Shown here one piece after another: positions 1-14,117 of a stretch of DNA of 64,000 nt. The stretch's first letter is position 1. Each line of letters begins with the position of its first letter. Made by a program: the position numbers and the translations under genes. Source of the DNA: Eledone cirrhosa (taxonomy: Eukaryota). Under the pieces are notes generated by a model that saw nothing but the letters and a program-made list of their open reading frames with translations, ran no database searches and had not been told where the DNA came from. The stretch is taken from NCBI GenBank assembly GCA_964016885.1, contig OZ024741.1, forward strand, positions 289,292,001 through 289,356,000, given 5' to 3'.

Positions 1-324
1 ATAAACGTATAGAATGATTGGTAGATTAGTAATGAGGGTAAGAGAATAAATTAGAGGGTGTGGCCGAAAAGGAGATAAATATATATAGAGAGAAAGAGTG
101 AGTGAGAAGATTGAGAGAGAAGTAGACAAAGAGATTGACAGGAAGTGAACAAAAGAGATCAGACAGACGCCACATGTTATCTCTTTACTGAAACATTACA
201 TGATGACACGGCTAAACTCAAATACCAATTTCAATCGCCAGTACTCACAACCAATCAAATTCGAGTTTTTTTTAGTGTATTTTTAGCAACCTGAAAGAGA
301 GACTGACTACCCGAAAGGCGATGG

Positions 325-900
325 CTTGGCTACTGCAGGCCTCCCTCCCAGCTCGAGCCGGTGGGACTAGACCGAGGGGACGGCAAAAGGCCAAACGGTA
401 TGACCATCTTCCCGTTCTACGGTGGCAAACCCCTCGTCTGGGATACCACTTACAGCGACACTTTCTCCAGCCGCAACCTGGTGCAGTCTGCGACTAACCC
501 AGGTTCTGCTGCACTTCAGGCCGGGGAGAGCAAGCTCTCCAAGTACCGGTCGCTCTCCGACAGGTTTACGGTCGTGCCCTTGGCAGTGGAGACTTCTGGT
601 GTCGTTGGCCCTAGGGCTATCTCCCTACTCACCACCATAGGCGCTGAGCTGGCCAGCCGCATGTGTGAGCCTCGTGAGATGGAATGGCTCTTCCAGCGCA
701 TCTCCTTTAGCATCCTCCGGGGAAACGCCTTCTCCATTCTGACCGCCGGGACTGTGGGGCGGCCAGCATGGGGACCCCATTTGCTCACAATACAGTGAGA
801 TGGGGAGGGAGGGCAAGAGAGTTGGAAGCGATGACAGTGGGTGTTCGGATCCTCCATGTTCGGACACATTGCACCAGTCATGTGGATCATGTGATATTTC
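325..900 (+). mobile_element. 3' fragment of a CRE-like (RLE-type) non-LTR retrotransposon: restriction-like endonuclease domain (ORF 361..798) plus 3' UTR
   Basis: Translation DGKRPNGMT..GKPLVWDTT..KLSKY..VVPLAVETSG..G..WLFQRISFSILRGNA fits the PD-(D/E)xK RLE C-terminus of CRE-like elements. The catalytic PD reads PN here and no RT lies upstream. Confidence 0.8.
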
Positions 901-1221
901 CATTTTACTTGTGGTGTTCGTGAAGCTTCAGTATTGATTAACTATAAGTAACTTGCATCTCAGTACACCCTGCATGGTCAAGTGGTCACCGACTATTCCG
1001 GCAACCTAACCAAACCTGCATTGTTTGTAGTCTCTGGTCATTCTGCTTTGTTCGTGTTTTTAGCTTAATAAGTGGTTCCCAAATTTTGTAATCGTGGCGC
1101 ATTTTTGAAAAAGGAAAAATATGGCGCACTTACCATAATTTCGAAAATTTATTCTAACGATTTATTCATACATATTAGCATATCATAAAATTAAAAGGCT
1201 CTAAGCCTATTCCGCCGCCAC

Positions 1222-1415
1222 TGTAAAAATCACCCAGTACTCACTGTAAATGAGGTTGGTGTGAGGAAAGGCATCCAGCTGTAGAAACCAAGCCCAAATC
1301 ACTTCCGTATGAACAAGACATGGTCACCTGACCTGGCATTGCCCAGAACAGGACAACCCGTCCAACCCATGCTAGCTAGGAAGAATGGACGTAAAACGGT
1401 GATGCTGCTGATGCT

Positions 1416-1460
<45 letters not shown>
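1222..1460 (+). mobile_element. SINE 3' portion ending in a (GAT)n tail
   Basis: GGAAAGGCATCCAGCTGTAGAAACC ... GTCCAACCCATGCTAGC ... GGACGTAAAACG followed by (GCT/GAT)n; resembles octopus SINE 3' ends from memory. Confidence 0.55.
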
Positions 1461-1864
1461 ATGAGGTTTCATACGAACTTCGGTTTTTACTTTTTACATC
1501 TTAAATCTTAATCTTAGTCTTTTGCGGCTCATCTAGTTACATCTTGTAGAACATGGTTTGGGAACTAGTGGCTTACCATCTTCAAACGTCAATTGGAGAA
1601 TGACCCTCGCGTTTCTCATGAGTTTCCCCACCATAAAATTTGATGTGAATGTGTGCCCTCACTCTACACAGGAGTCTCACGGCGTGGAAATCCCGAAGCA
1701 AAATACAGACAGTGGAACTTTTGTTGTAGTGATCGGTGTATCACGTGTGTTTGTAACAATTTAATACTGCCACCTCCGTAATATTTTCCCTCAGAAAATG
1801 TACTCTTTCACTCTTTTACCTGTTCCAGCCATACAGGTGAGGCTATGCTGGGGCACCGCCCTTT

Positions 1865-1912
1865 AAAAAATATGGAATGCTTCACGAATTTGCTTGTCAT
1901 CCTTGGGCAGGG
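1865..1912 (-). pseudogene. U6 snRNA 3'-terminal fragment (retrocopy)
   Basis: Minus strand CCCTGCCCAAGGATGACAAGCAAATTCGTGAAGCATTCCATATTTTTT differs at 3 positions from the canonical U6 3' end CCCTGCGCAAGGATGACACGCAAATTCGTGAAGCGTTCCATATTTT. Confidence 0.9.
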
Positions 1913-2217
1913 TAATATATATATATAGGAGCATCAATTTTACGGTTACCAATGCTGCTGCGTCCTTCCTTGGAGTGCTCTTGATATCTAGAAGGTGGAA
2001 GTCTTGGAATTACTATGTTTGTCTATGAGTTCTTCATTAAAGAATCCGTGACGATAACCACTACCTCTTTTAGTGGAAGGAAGAAGGGGCACAAAAACTG
2101 ATTAAACTCGAGAGCGAGGAAAAGCATACACTTACACACATACACACACACACTCTCTCTCACACACAACACACAATGGAATTTTGAATATAGCTGTAAA
2201 ACAGTTGAGCACTAAAG

Positions 2218-2412
2218 ATAATTGTTTCTACTTTTGGCACAAGGCCAGCAATTATCCCAGTGTATTGCTGGTACTTTATTTTATCGACCCCGTAAGGATG
2301 AAAGGCAAAGTTAACCTCGGCGGGATTTGAACTCAGAATGCCAAGGGCCGTAACTCTTTGCTGCAAAGCATGGCGTCCGACCCTCTACCGATACTGCCAA
2401 TCCCTCGTCCTT
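2218..2412 (-). mobile_element. tRNA-derived SINE (family S), full length
   Basis: A-box TGGCAGTATCGG, B-box GAGTTCAAATCC, core TTTGCCTTTCATCCTTACGGGGTCGATAAAATAAAGTACCAG (resembles the Meta/MESC-type central domain); many copies in the window. Confidence 0.85.
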
Positions 2413-2560
2413 GAGCACTAAATATAATAGTTGATATAATTGGGTAAATTGACCCGAGAGACGTAAAAATATAAACAGAGGTGTGCTGGTGTGTATACGT
2501 GTGTGTGTGTATGTGTGTGTATTTATATATATATACATAGATACATGCATACGGACACAC

Positions 2561-2617
<57 letters not shown>

Positions 2618-3109
2618 TAAATATATATATGTATATATATATATATATCAAGTAAGTATGTTTTGAAACAGCGAGCAAGTTTGAAATTAGAAAATAGAAG
2701 CTTTCACCGTATTTTTGACTAAAGAAACTTTAGCCTGATAGTGGGGTTTAGAACCCTCAGAGAAATGGAAAAAAAAGATGAGTATTGACGTACATGGGAG
2801 TCGAACCCACATCTTTGGTTATCCAGACCACTGTGCTATCATTACAATTGGGGAATTTTTCATTGTTATTTTCATTGTTATTTTTGTTACATCCTCTGTT
2901 TTTGTTTTTTACACGCAGAAATGCCCATTTGTACCGTCCTGCATTGTCCAGCACTGTCCTTAATGTCTACTTTATGTAAACCCTTGTGGTTAATAAAGAA
3001 ATCATCATTACACCAACACATCACCCATCTCCTTCCATTCAAATTAGAAGTTACATTCTTAGCAAGTATGATGACAAACAAGTATATATATATATAGGAA
3101 AATGTTCAA

Positions 3110-3250
3110 GACCCCGATGGCAGAGCTCAAGCCGTTCCAACGGCTATTTCTGGACGAAACGGCTTGAACTCTGCCGTCGGGGTCTATTATCTTCTCCACT
3201 ACCCTAAGTATTGAGTACTCTGGTGCGTTATGGTCCATCTGATTCCTTCG

Positions 3251-3252
<2 letters not shown>
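3110..3252. mobile_element. Short fold-back element (family E) in (TA)n carrying the 3' half of a hammerhead
   Basis: Hairpin GACCCCGATGGCAGAG...CTCTGCCGTCGGGGTC followed by CTACCCTAAGTATTGAGTACT; relatives at 36290-36455 and 36850-36972 (inverted). Confidence 0.65.
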
Positions 3253-3315
<63 letters not shown>

Positions 3316-3480
3316 AGTATGTATACGTACATACATATATGTAAACAGACGTACAGTAGTATGTATATATATATACATACATGCACACATATACATATGT
3401 ACGTATGGATTCACCGAACATTTATTATAATGCTCGGTGTGTTTGTAAACAAACATCCCGAATTTCGTTTCATTTTTTCC

Positions 3481-3547
<67 letters not shown>

Positions 3548-3941
3548 GATAAATCTACCAAAATATACGGTAGTGTTCAATCCGTATGAAGAACTCAATG
3601 TAATCCAAATATCATGAAAAGAGAAGATGCATTCAAAAACTTTCGATGAAAATCATAGGAAAACAGAGTCAAGATAAATTAATAAAAACAATGATTGTTT
3701 TTATTCATTGTTTGTATTAATTTATATATATATATATATTTGATGATCTGGTTAAGTTAACATCGTATTTGAAATTGAGTGGCACTGCTTCTAGTGTTCA
3801 GCAATTATTAGACAGCTTAATCAGTGAAACAATTGTCAGACTGTAAATAAATCCCTTTTTTTTGTACTGCTGACCATGTTATTCTTCACTTTTTCAATTT
3901 TATATATATATATATATATATGTGTATATATATATATATAT

Positions 3942-4170
3942 GCAGAGGTTATATTTAATTTGTTGGGATTCAACAAGCTTAAAAAGACTATCCAGGAAGC
4001 TCCAACCGTTAAGGTTGTCTTTTTTTCCGGGTATGTCAATATTTATTTATAAAACAAATCTGTATTTTATCTGATGAAAGCGCGCCATAATTTGCATTGG
4101 TTGCCCTTGAAATATATATAATAAAATAAATATGGTTTTATAAATATAGTTTCCATTTATTAATATATTG
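3942..4170 (+). mobile_element. Hammerhead-bearing short element (family A; Penelope pLTR/retrozyme-like) in (TA)n
   Basis: Shares 5' GAGGTTATATTTAA..TTGGGA and 3' ATGGTTTTATAAATATAGTTTCCAT with copies at 14115, 50488 and 60953; flanked by TA repeats. Confidence 0.75.
4063..4128 (+). ncRNA. Type I hammerhead ribozyme motif (family A)
   Basis: TATTTTAT-CTGATGA-[stem II AAG..CCA..TGG..CTT]-GAAA-TATATA-TA-ATAAAATA; stem I is perfectly complementary. Confidence 0.75.
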
Positions 4171-4889
4171 TATATATATATATTATCATATATATATATA
4201 TATATATATTATCATATATGTATATGATGATTTTTTAAATGAGAACAATAAATATATAATTAAGAAAGGACTTACTACACGATGTTGAATGGAATATTTA
4301 TTTATTTAAAAAACAACAACAACCATTGAATCTATGTGTGTGTGGTTATGTGTGTGTGGTCGTAAGTGTGGTCTTGTGTGTGTAGGGTGAAACAAAACCC
4401 AACCTGCCCAGTCTACTAAAAGCATGTGCCCCGTTCCTAATGATAATAAATTAATAAAACAACAATAATAACAGAATACAGGAGACGAACAACAAAGATA
4501 ACAACTACAGCATATCTAAAAACAAATACACCCTCCTCCTTTAAAAAATCGCACAGACATTGTATACCACACACACAAGCATACACACACATACATACAC
4601 ACTCACACGCACACACACACATATTCACTCACTCACCAACGCAGACACATGCGGAGCAAAACTATTTTTACGGACACACAGACACACATGCAAACAGACA
4701 CAGACGCGTACATGTACAAATATATACACACACACGTACAGATAGATATACAGCTCTCTTAGTTCTGACACACCCAACCGATAATCCGAAATGTTGCAGG
4801 TGTGTGCACTAAAACGAAGTGAAGCATGATATTACCCATAGTGGTTCGTCACCCTGAACAGCCCAGACCATTATCACACTCATTGCTAT

Positions 4890-6400
4890 CACATCTAGTA
4901 ACACCATTACAACCACTACGACCACCATCAACGCCACAACTGTCACACTACCACAACACTACTACCACCCATACTGTTATCACATCTAGTACCACCAATA
5001 CAGCCACTACGACCACCATCAACGCCACAACTGACACACTACCACAACACTACTACCACCTCTACAGTTATCACATCTAGTACCACCATTACAACCACTA
5101 CGACCACCATCAACGCCACAACTGTCACACTACCACAACACTACTACCACCCATACTGTTATCACATCTAGTACCACCACTACAGCCACTACGACCACCA
5201 TCAACGCCACAACTGTCACACTACCTCAACACTACTACCACCCATACTGTTATCACATCTAGTACCACCATTACAGCGACTGCGACCACCATCAACGCCA
5301 CAACTGACACACTACCACAACACTACTACCACCCATACTGTTATCACATCTAGTACCACCATTACAACCACTACGACCACCATCAACGCCACAACTGTTA
5401 CACTACCACAACACTACTACCACCCATACTGTTATCACATCTAGTACCACCATTACAGCCACTACGACCACCACCAACGCCACAACTGACACACTACCAC
5501 AACACTACTACCACCCATACTGTTATCACATCTAGTACCACCATTACAGCCACTACGACCACCATCAACGCCACAACTGACACACTACCACAACACTACT
5601 ACCACCCATACTGTTATCACATCTAGCACCACCATTACAACCACTAGGACCACCATCAACGCCACAACTGTCACACTACCACAACACTACTACCACCCAT
5701 ACTGTTATCACATCTAGTACCACCATTACAGCGACTACGACCACCATCAACGCCACAACTGTCACCCTACCACAACACTACTACCACCCATACTGCTATC
5801 ACATCTAGCACCACCATTACAACCACTACGACCACCATCAACGCCACAACTGACACACTACCACAACACTACTACCACCCATACTGTTATCACATCTAGT
5901 ACCACCATTACAGCCACTACGACCACTATCAACGCCACAACTGTCACACTACCACAACACTACTACCACCTCTACTGCTATCACATCTAGTACCACCATT
6001 ACAGCCACTACGACCACCATCAACGCCACAACTGTCACACTACCACAACACTACTACCACCCATACTGTTATCACATCTAGTACCACCATTACAGCCACT
6101 ACGACCACCATCAACGCCACAACTGTCACACTACCACAACACTACCACCCCTACTGTTATCACATCTAGTACCACCATTACAACCACTACGACCACCATC
6201 AACGCCACAGCTGTCACACTACCACAACACTACCACCCCTACTACTATCAACTCCAGGGCTACCATTATCACCACTACGTCCACCATCAACGCCACAACT
6301 GTCACACTACCACAACACTACCACCCCTACTCTATCAACTCCAGGGCCACCATTACATCCACTACGACCACCATCAAGGCCAACGCTAACGTCACTACTA
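4890..6400. repeat. 91-bp minisatellite, about 15 conserved plus 2 degenerate units
   Basis: CACATCTAG recurs at 4890, 4981, 5072, 5163 ... 6073 (period 91), then at 6161. Confidence 0.92.
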
Positions 6401-6449
6401 CCATCACAAAACTACCAACACCACCAGCACCATTATTAGCAACACCATT

Positions 6450-6630
6450 AGCAGTATCGGTAGAGAGACGGACGCCGTGCTTTCAGGCATAGAGTTACGT
6501 CCCTTTATAGTCTGAGTTCAAATCCCACCGAGGTTAACTTGGATTTTGATCCTTACCGGGTCGATAAAATAAAGTACCAGTAATGTACTGGGATAATTGC
6601 AGGCTTTGTGCCAAAAGAAGAAACAATTAT
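6450..6630 (+). mobile_element. tRNA-derived SINE (family S)
   Basis: GCAGTATCGGTAGAG..GAGTTCAAATCC..GGGTCGATAAAATAAAGTACCAG..TGTGCCAAAAG. Confidence 0.8.
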
Positions 6631-6859
6631 TACCAACGACATTACCACCACTACAATTTCCAATGCCATTGCTACAGCACTACCAACACCACTAGCAGTA
6701 CCATTACCACCAACGCCACTACTACCATTACAACTACCATTACAACTACCAACATCACTAACATCACCACCATTACAACTACTGTCAAAATCACCACTAC
6801 TATCAACATAATCGCAAACAGCTCTATTACTAACAAATTTAACACTATCCACCTGCACT

Positions 6860-7395
6860 ACAACCACCACCACTACCACTACCACTATCCTCACCACTAG
6901 CATCACCACCACCACCACCACCACCACCACCAATACCATCACCACCACCACCACCATCACCACCACCTCCACCACCATCATCACCACCTGCACCAACATC
7001 ACCATCACCTCCACCACCATCATCACCACCTCCACCACCACCATCACCACCTCCACCAACATTACCACCACCTCCACCACCATCATCACCACCTCCACCA
7101 ACATCATCACCACCTCCCCCAACATTACCACCACCTCCACCACTATCATCACCACCTCCACCACCATCATCACCACCTCCCCCAACATCACCATCACCTC
7201 CACCACCATCATCACCACCTCCACCACCACCATCACCACCTCCACCAACATTACCACCACCTCCACCACCATCATCACCACCTCCACCAACATCATCACC
7301 ACCTCCCCCAACATCATCACCACCTCCACCAACATCATCACCACCTCCACCAACATTACCACCACCTCCACCACCATCATCACCGCTTCCACCAA
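6860..7395. repeat. (ACC/ATC)-based low-complexity repeat with a roughly 21-bp higher-order unit
   Basis: CACCACCTCCACCAMCATCAT repeated; source of the spurious Val/Met ORF 6553..7428. Confidence 0.85.
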
Positions 7396-7612
7396 CAGTT
7401 TAGCCTCAATAAAGCAATCAGCATACATCCATCCAAACTACCCACTTATCTACATTGAAAAACAACCCTCTCTTCCGTTTTTTCTTTCTTTTTATAAATT
7501 AACTCACCCCTTTTCCTTCCAAACTTTGCCTCTTAATATATCTTAATATATCTGCCTTAAGCGCTCAACCTAAATAGTATACCTATAGTATATCATACGC
7601 TATCATGTAATA

Positions 7613-7818
7613 CAGGCATGTCAAACTGAGGGTCCCTTGAGGGCCACCTGGGTCCCATATGTGTTGTCTAAGGGCTACACATGACAACTAATTGCCAACA
7701 TTACAACTAATATTTTTTATTTTATATTACACTCGGGCTGTAAAAACCTTTGTGTGGGCTGCAGGTGTGCTTGTAAAGGTCCGCATGCGGCCTGCGGGCC
7801 GCATGTTTGACATGCCTG
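7613..7818. mobile_element. hAT-superfamily MITE
   Basis: TIRs CAGGCATGTCAAAC / GTTTGACATGCCTG with a perfect 8-bp TSD ATGTAATA (7605-7612, 7819-7826). Confidence 0.92.
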
Positions 7819-8112
7819 ATGTAATAGATAGGCGACGAATTGGCTGAATCTGTAGAGCATCGGTTAGAATGTCTTGCGGTCTTTGTTCCACCTCTCTGCT
7901 CTTTGGTTTTAAGTTCCAGACATGACTACGTTGTCTTCCATTCTTTCGATGTCGATAAAGCAAAATACTAGCAGCGAAATAGCAGAGTCGTTAGAAGGTC
8001 TAACAAAGGCTTTGAAGTATTTGTTCCGGCTCTACACCCAGAGTTCATAAACCACCGAGGTAAACTTTACCGTTACTTCTTTCAGGGAGGATAAAAAATA
8101 AGTACTTTAGAC

Positions 8113-8353
8113 CAGATGTCCCCAACCACCGGGCTGCGGACCGGTACCGGTGCGTGGATCATTTGCTACCGGGCCGCAAAGAAATTATTAACTTATTTTA
8201 AATTATTTTTTCTCTTTAATAAATTACTCTTTTTTTATTATTGCCCTCTTTATCGAAATGCACTTAGATAACACATATGTGTAACTACCGGTCCGTGGAA
8301 AGACTGTCCGGGATGAAGCCGGTCCGTGGTATAAAAAAGGTTGGAGACCACTG
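8113..8353. mobile_element. hAT (Charlie-like) MITE inserted at the end of a decayed family S SINE
   Basis: Imperfect TIRs CAGATGTCCCCAACC / GGTTGGAGACCACTG, subterminal CCGGTCCGTGG repeats, flanks CTTTAGAC / CTTTAGTT. Confidence 0.8.
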
Positions 8354-9402
8354 CTTTAGTTAATTTTTCCTCTACCGCAATGGGTAATTAGCATGTAGAA
8401 TACTCCAATATATTGCTGATATTCATAATGACTTTGTAACATCGACGTCAAAAAAACAAATTTTGGTGGGAGGATATCAAGCTCAGCACAATTGGTCTTT
8501 TCTTGACTTCGGATGATTGATAGACGTGAAAGTTAATAACAACTGGGATTTGAACTCACAGCATAAAATAACCCCAAGAGGTATTTTACAAGGAAACTGT
8601 ACATATTCTACAATCCACAGACCTTAACATAAGCAGCAAGAACACCATTTATGAAGGATAGCTACATTTTAATAAATCATTTCCAGTATTCAACTGGTAT
8701 CTATCGTATCGACCCTTCTTTGCCTTCGACGTCTAGTAGACGAAATCATCTTCCTATTCGTTTCCTTATAAAAGAGTCCTCGCCAATATCAACAATGCCT
8801 TATAAAATTGCACCAAAAACACCCAGAGAAAATAAACACCAAAAAGTAAGAAAAAATGATCTTCCAAGTGCTGCAGGATCTGGCACTGTTAGTTCATCAA
8901 AGGAGAATGTCACGATGAAAATATAGATTAATATCCCGTTTGACCTGTGCGTAATTCTTTTCTTTCGCACGCTTGGTGAGGCTGGTTCGCCTTTTTTCTC
9001 TCTCTCGTCTACGATTTCACAGAACTTATGTTCACCGAATTCACAGACTAGATTCCTTCTTCCTCCCGTTAGACCTGTACAGAATTCCTTCCTTGCTCAC
9101 ATTCCAACCAGGTTTGATGGTTTTTATTCTCTCTCGTTTACGATTTCACCGAACTTATATTCATGGAAATTTGGGACTTGACTCGTTCTTCCTCATTTTT
9201 CGTTGCTTCACCATCTTTGTTTGTTTACACTCTCGCTGTCTCCTTTATTTACGTGTCCCAACGACTTTTTTTAGCCGTTGCTCGCACCAACCGGAGGTAT
9301 ATGGTCTTTAAAGCGAAGAAATACCTGTGATGGTTGGAAGATCACTGACGAAGGACCACTTTATTCATATGTAACCCATTTGCAACCACGCAGCACGTTT
9401 AT

Positions 9403-9440
<38 letters not shown>

Positions 9441-9494
9441 CGGCGATGAATTAGTTTTGCGAGGTTTTTTATATGAAATCATGTGTCGAAACAA

Positions 9495-10109
9495 ATATTG
9501 TTATACTTGGGGAGGGTCATATTGTTGTAATAATATTGCCAGAATTAATAACAGAACACACTCACTGTTTGGTTGGTTTTCGCTTCTGTGTCTTTTATAT
9601 CGGTTTATTTAATTTATTCGGTCCTCAATGTTACCATTGACTGACCAACGGTAAAAAATACAGATACAATGTAGACACAAACACATATATATAGTCTAAC
9701 AAAGTTCTTTCGTTGCACATCTGCAACATCGTCAGTGGTGCTATTATGTTTCCTCCCGTTGTATTGTATGCCTACACCATCTTTATTTAGTCTGTTTATT
9801 TATTTATTTATTTGTTTATTTTTAAATAAAGATGGCGTAGGCATACAATACAACGGGAGGAAACATAATAGCACCACTGACGATGTTGCAGATGTGCAAC
9901 GAAAGAACTTTGTTAGACTATATATATGTGTTTGTGTCTATATTGTATCTGTATTTTTGACCATTGGTCAGTCAATGGCAACATTGAGGACCGAATAAAT
10001 AAAATTTACCGATATAAAAGACACAGAAGCGAAAACCAACCAAACAGTGAGTGTGCTCTGTTATTAATTCTGGCAATATTATTACACAAATATGACCCTC
10101 CCCAAGTAT

Positions 10110-10117
<8 letters not shown>
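9495..10117. repeat. Long near-perfect inverted repeat (arms 9495-9789 and 9823-10117, 33-nt spacer)
   Basis: The arms read as reverse complements with few mismatches; (TA)n lies on both sides. Confidence 0.92.
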
Positions 10118-10154
<37 letters not shown>

Positions 10155-10194
10155 GGTGAAAGCAGCGATTCTTTGCTTAAACTTTCATCTGTTA

Positions 10195-10284
<90 letters not shown>

Positions 10285-10337
10285 AGAGAAGAGACAGTTC
10301 GTAGATCGTGTATTTGTGTACAAGTATATACATAATC

Positions 10338-10422
<85 letters not shown>

Positions 10423-10949
10423 CAGTGGCGGAATGGCCAGTTTACTAGGTTGCCCAATGGCAAGTGGGCCCCAGGAGGCCCACGATAGCATTGCAAGAGC
10501 CCTCAGTAGCATTGCAGGGCCTACTCTAGTATTTTAGGGGCCAATGTTTTGCTTTCAAAAAATACCCGAAATCTGAGAGAAAGAATAAAATGAGCAAAGC
10601 ATTTGATCAACCAATACCCCAGGAGAGTACGAGAAACCGAAATATACGATAGTGCAAATAGCTGGAATCAGTGGTTGTAGTTCTACTAAATCTAAAGCTT
10701 GGTATATTCATTCATGCAAGCAAACATGCATATATAGACACAGACACACAAGCATATATATATATACTTATATACTTACACACGAACTACTGACCAAATA
10801 ATATTTGGTATCAATGGGTTAAAGACATCTGTCAAAGCAATTAGTGGTGGAGGTAGTATATACATACACACACAAACACACACACGCACCCAGACACACC
10901 CAAACACACACACACACACACACATACATACACACACACACATATATAC

Positions 10950-10986
<37 letters not shown>

Positions 10987-11316
10987 TGAGGCAAAAGAAC
11001 GGAATCGCTGTTGATGAAGTGAATCCCCTGTTCGATCATAGAATACCACAAGCTTACGTGTTACGTAAGTTGGATGGATGATTTCGGATTTATAGAAACA
11101 TATCGGACGTATTGCCGAATATCTTGCGATCTGTCCAGGTCTGTTGTTTTAACCTGATTAGTTCTTTCTTTACTTTCGGATTGTATAGTTGGGTTTTGCC
11201 TACCGCAATTTTCAATTTGTCAAGCTTTTACACGTAAAATCAGACAAAGTTGGAATTCCTTTTATTAATATAATCTTCTATACACAATCATACACACCCG
11301 TGTATATTTCTCTCTC

Positions 11317-12236
<920 letters not shown>

Positions 12237-12312
12237 TATATGTGTGTGTGACTATGTGTATGAATGTAAATACATGTTTACATGGCGCGCACACACACAT
12301 ACATACTCAAAC

Positions 12313-12400
<88 letters not shown>

Positions 12401-12406
<6 letters not shown>

Positions 12407-13430
12407 GGATGGGGTCTAAAAATATTGGTTGCCAGGAGATGAAGGGTGCCCACCTACATATAGAATACTATCATTTGATTTTTATAATGAATAAATGACA
12501 TTTTCGAAAAATAAATAAGTGGAAACAAAACAGTACAATCAAATTTTTGCGGAAAAATATATTACCTTCTCCCATAAAATATTATGTATTTTGCGAAATC
12601 CAGAGACTTTCAATAATAACCAGAAGTCGACCCTAAATATTACTAATAGCTCTAGGAAAGCCATGAACAACACCACATCTTTTTAACTTTGATTTTGAAA
12701 GTAGGTTTATAATTATCTGTTTTCATTGTACTTTTGTAGGTATCTCGGTGGCATAGTTGGAGGAATCTTAGACGGTGGTGATCCTGGTCTCAAGCTCGAT
12801 TTTTGGTCGGGAGTACGTTTCCCAGTAAACCTTTTCAGTTTTTTGCTATGGGCTGTAAAATAAAAGCTGAAAAAAGTTACATGTATTTCTTGACCAGGAT
12901 TGAACCCAAGGACAGGTTCTCCACCGTCTCTAGTACTTACCGGTAGGACACAGAGACAACTACGAACATTTTAAGAAAATTCATACTTATAAACCTCTTT
13001 CCAAATTTACAAAACAAAATGATGTGGTGTCGTTCATGTCTTTCTTAATGATATTATAAAAAATAATAGTTTAAGCAAAGAATCGCTGCTTTCACCCTTA
13101 ATAAATATTTGCTCTAGGGTTCTGATATATATTTATCCTTATCGAGCCTTCTTTGGATTTTAGACTTCACATTTATTATTATTACTATATATATATATAT
13201 ATATATATACAGTGTACAGTGGCGGACTAGGTCTAAAAATATTGGTTGCTAGACGAAGGGGGCCCACCTACATAGGGAATCCTATCATTTAATTTATATA
13301 ATGAATAAATAATATTTTCAAAAAATACATGTGGAAATAAAACAGTGCAATCAAATTTTTGCGGAAAAATATGTTACCTTCACCAATAGAAATATGTATT
13401 TTGCGAAATCCAGAAACTTTCAATATTTAC
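12401..13430 (+). mobile_element. Two related DNA-transposon left ends (12401-12620, 13218-13430), hAT/Tip100-like
   Basis: Both begin (C)AGTGGCGGA..GGTCTAAAAATATTGGTTGC and align for about 210 bp; a similar CAGTGGCGGA end lies at 10423. Confidence 0.55.
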
Positions 13431-13491
13431 CTTTGGTCTTTCACACTCACTCAATATATATATATATATATAGCAATAATCTGTTATATTA

Positions 13492-13564
<73 letters not shown>

Positions 13565-13716
13565 AGTGGAAGCTTAGTAAAATCAAAGCTTTGGCTCTGG
13601 CCAAGCAAATTCGACCTACAATAAGGAATGAGTAGCAAAGCACTCAATAAGGGCAGGTCCAGTAAAGTTTGCAATTTTCAGTTGAAAATTGCAAACTTGA
13701 CTGTCACCACAGAATA

Positions 13717-13755
13717 TGAACCTGAAGATTGCGAAAGCATGAAAGTACTTGTTCA
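13717..13755 (+). ncRNA. Minimal type I hammerhead ribozyme motif (family B)
   Basis: TGAAC-CTGAAGA-T TGC GAAA GCA T-GAAA-GTAC-TT-GTTCA; palindromic stem III AAGTACTT. Confidence 0.75.
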
Positions 13756-13867
13756 ATTAACACTTAACATTTAATATTCTACCATACTATTTCATTCTAT
13801 ACCATTAAAAATGTTTAAAGGATTGTAAATAAAACGAGTAAATCATACAAAGTTGGAATTCCTTTTA

Positions 13868-13919
<52 letters not shown>

Positions 13920-13961
13920 AATATATATGTGTGTGTGTATATATATATATGTATATATATG

Positions 13962-14023
<62 letters not shown>

Positions 14024-14031
14024 AATATATA

Positions 14032-14114
<83 letters not shown>

Positions 14115-14117
<3 letters not shown>

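Noticed and set aside
1865-1912. Functional U6 gene
   Set aside because: Only the 3' part is present, the ACAGAGA box and promoter are missing, and it has 3 substitutions.
4109-4170. Idea that the (UA)n stem III end primes integration into (TA)n
   Set aside because: The element continues about 50 nt past the cleavage site before the TA tract, so the junction does not match the cleaved end.
4890-6400. CRISPR-like regular array
   Set aside because: Whole units repeat with no unique spacers, there are no cas genes, and the context is eukaryotic.
6553-7428. 291-aa Val/Met-rich ORF (Thr-rich mucin-like on +)
   Set aside because: Trinucleotide-derived repeat running into a SINE; no domain or splice support.
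9440-9505. Hammerhead left of the large palindrome
   Set aside because: Only a GAAACAA..TTGTT 3' half is visible; no credible CUGANGA or stem I.
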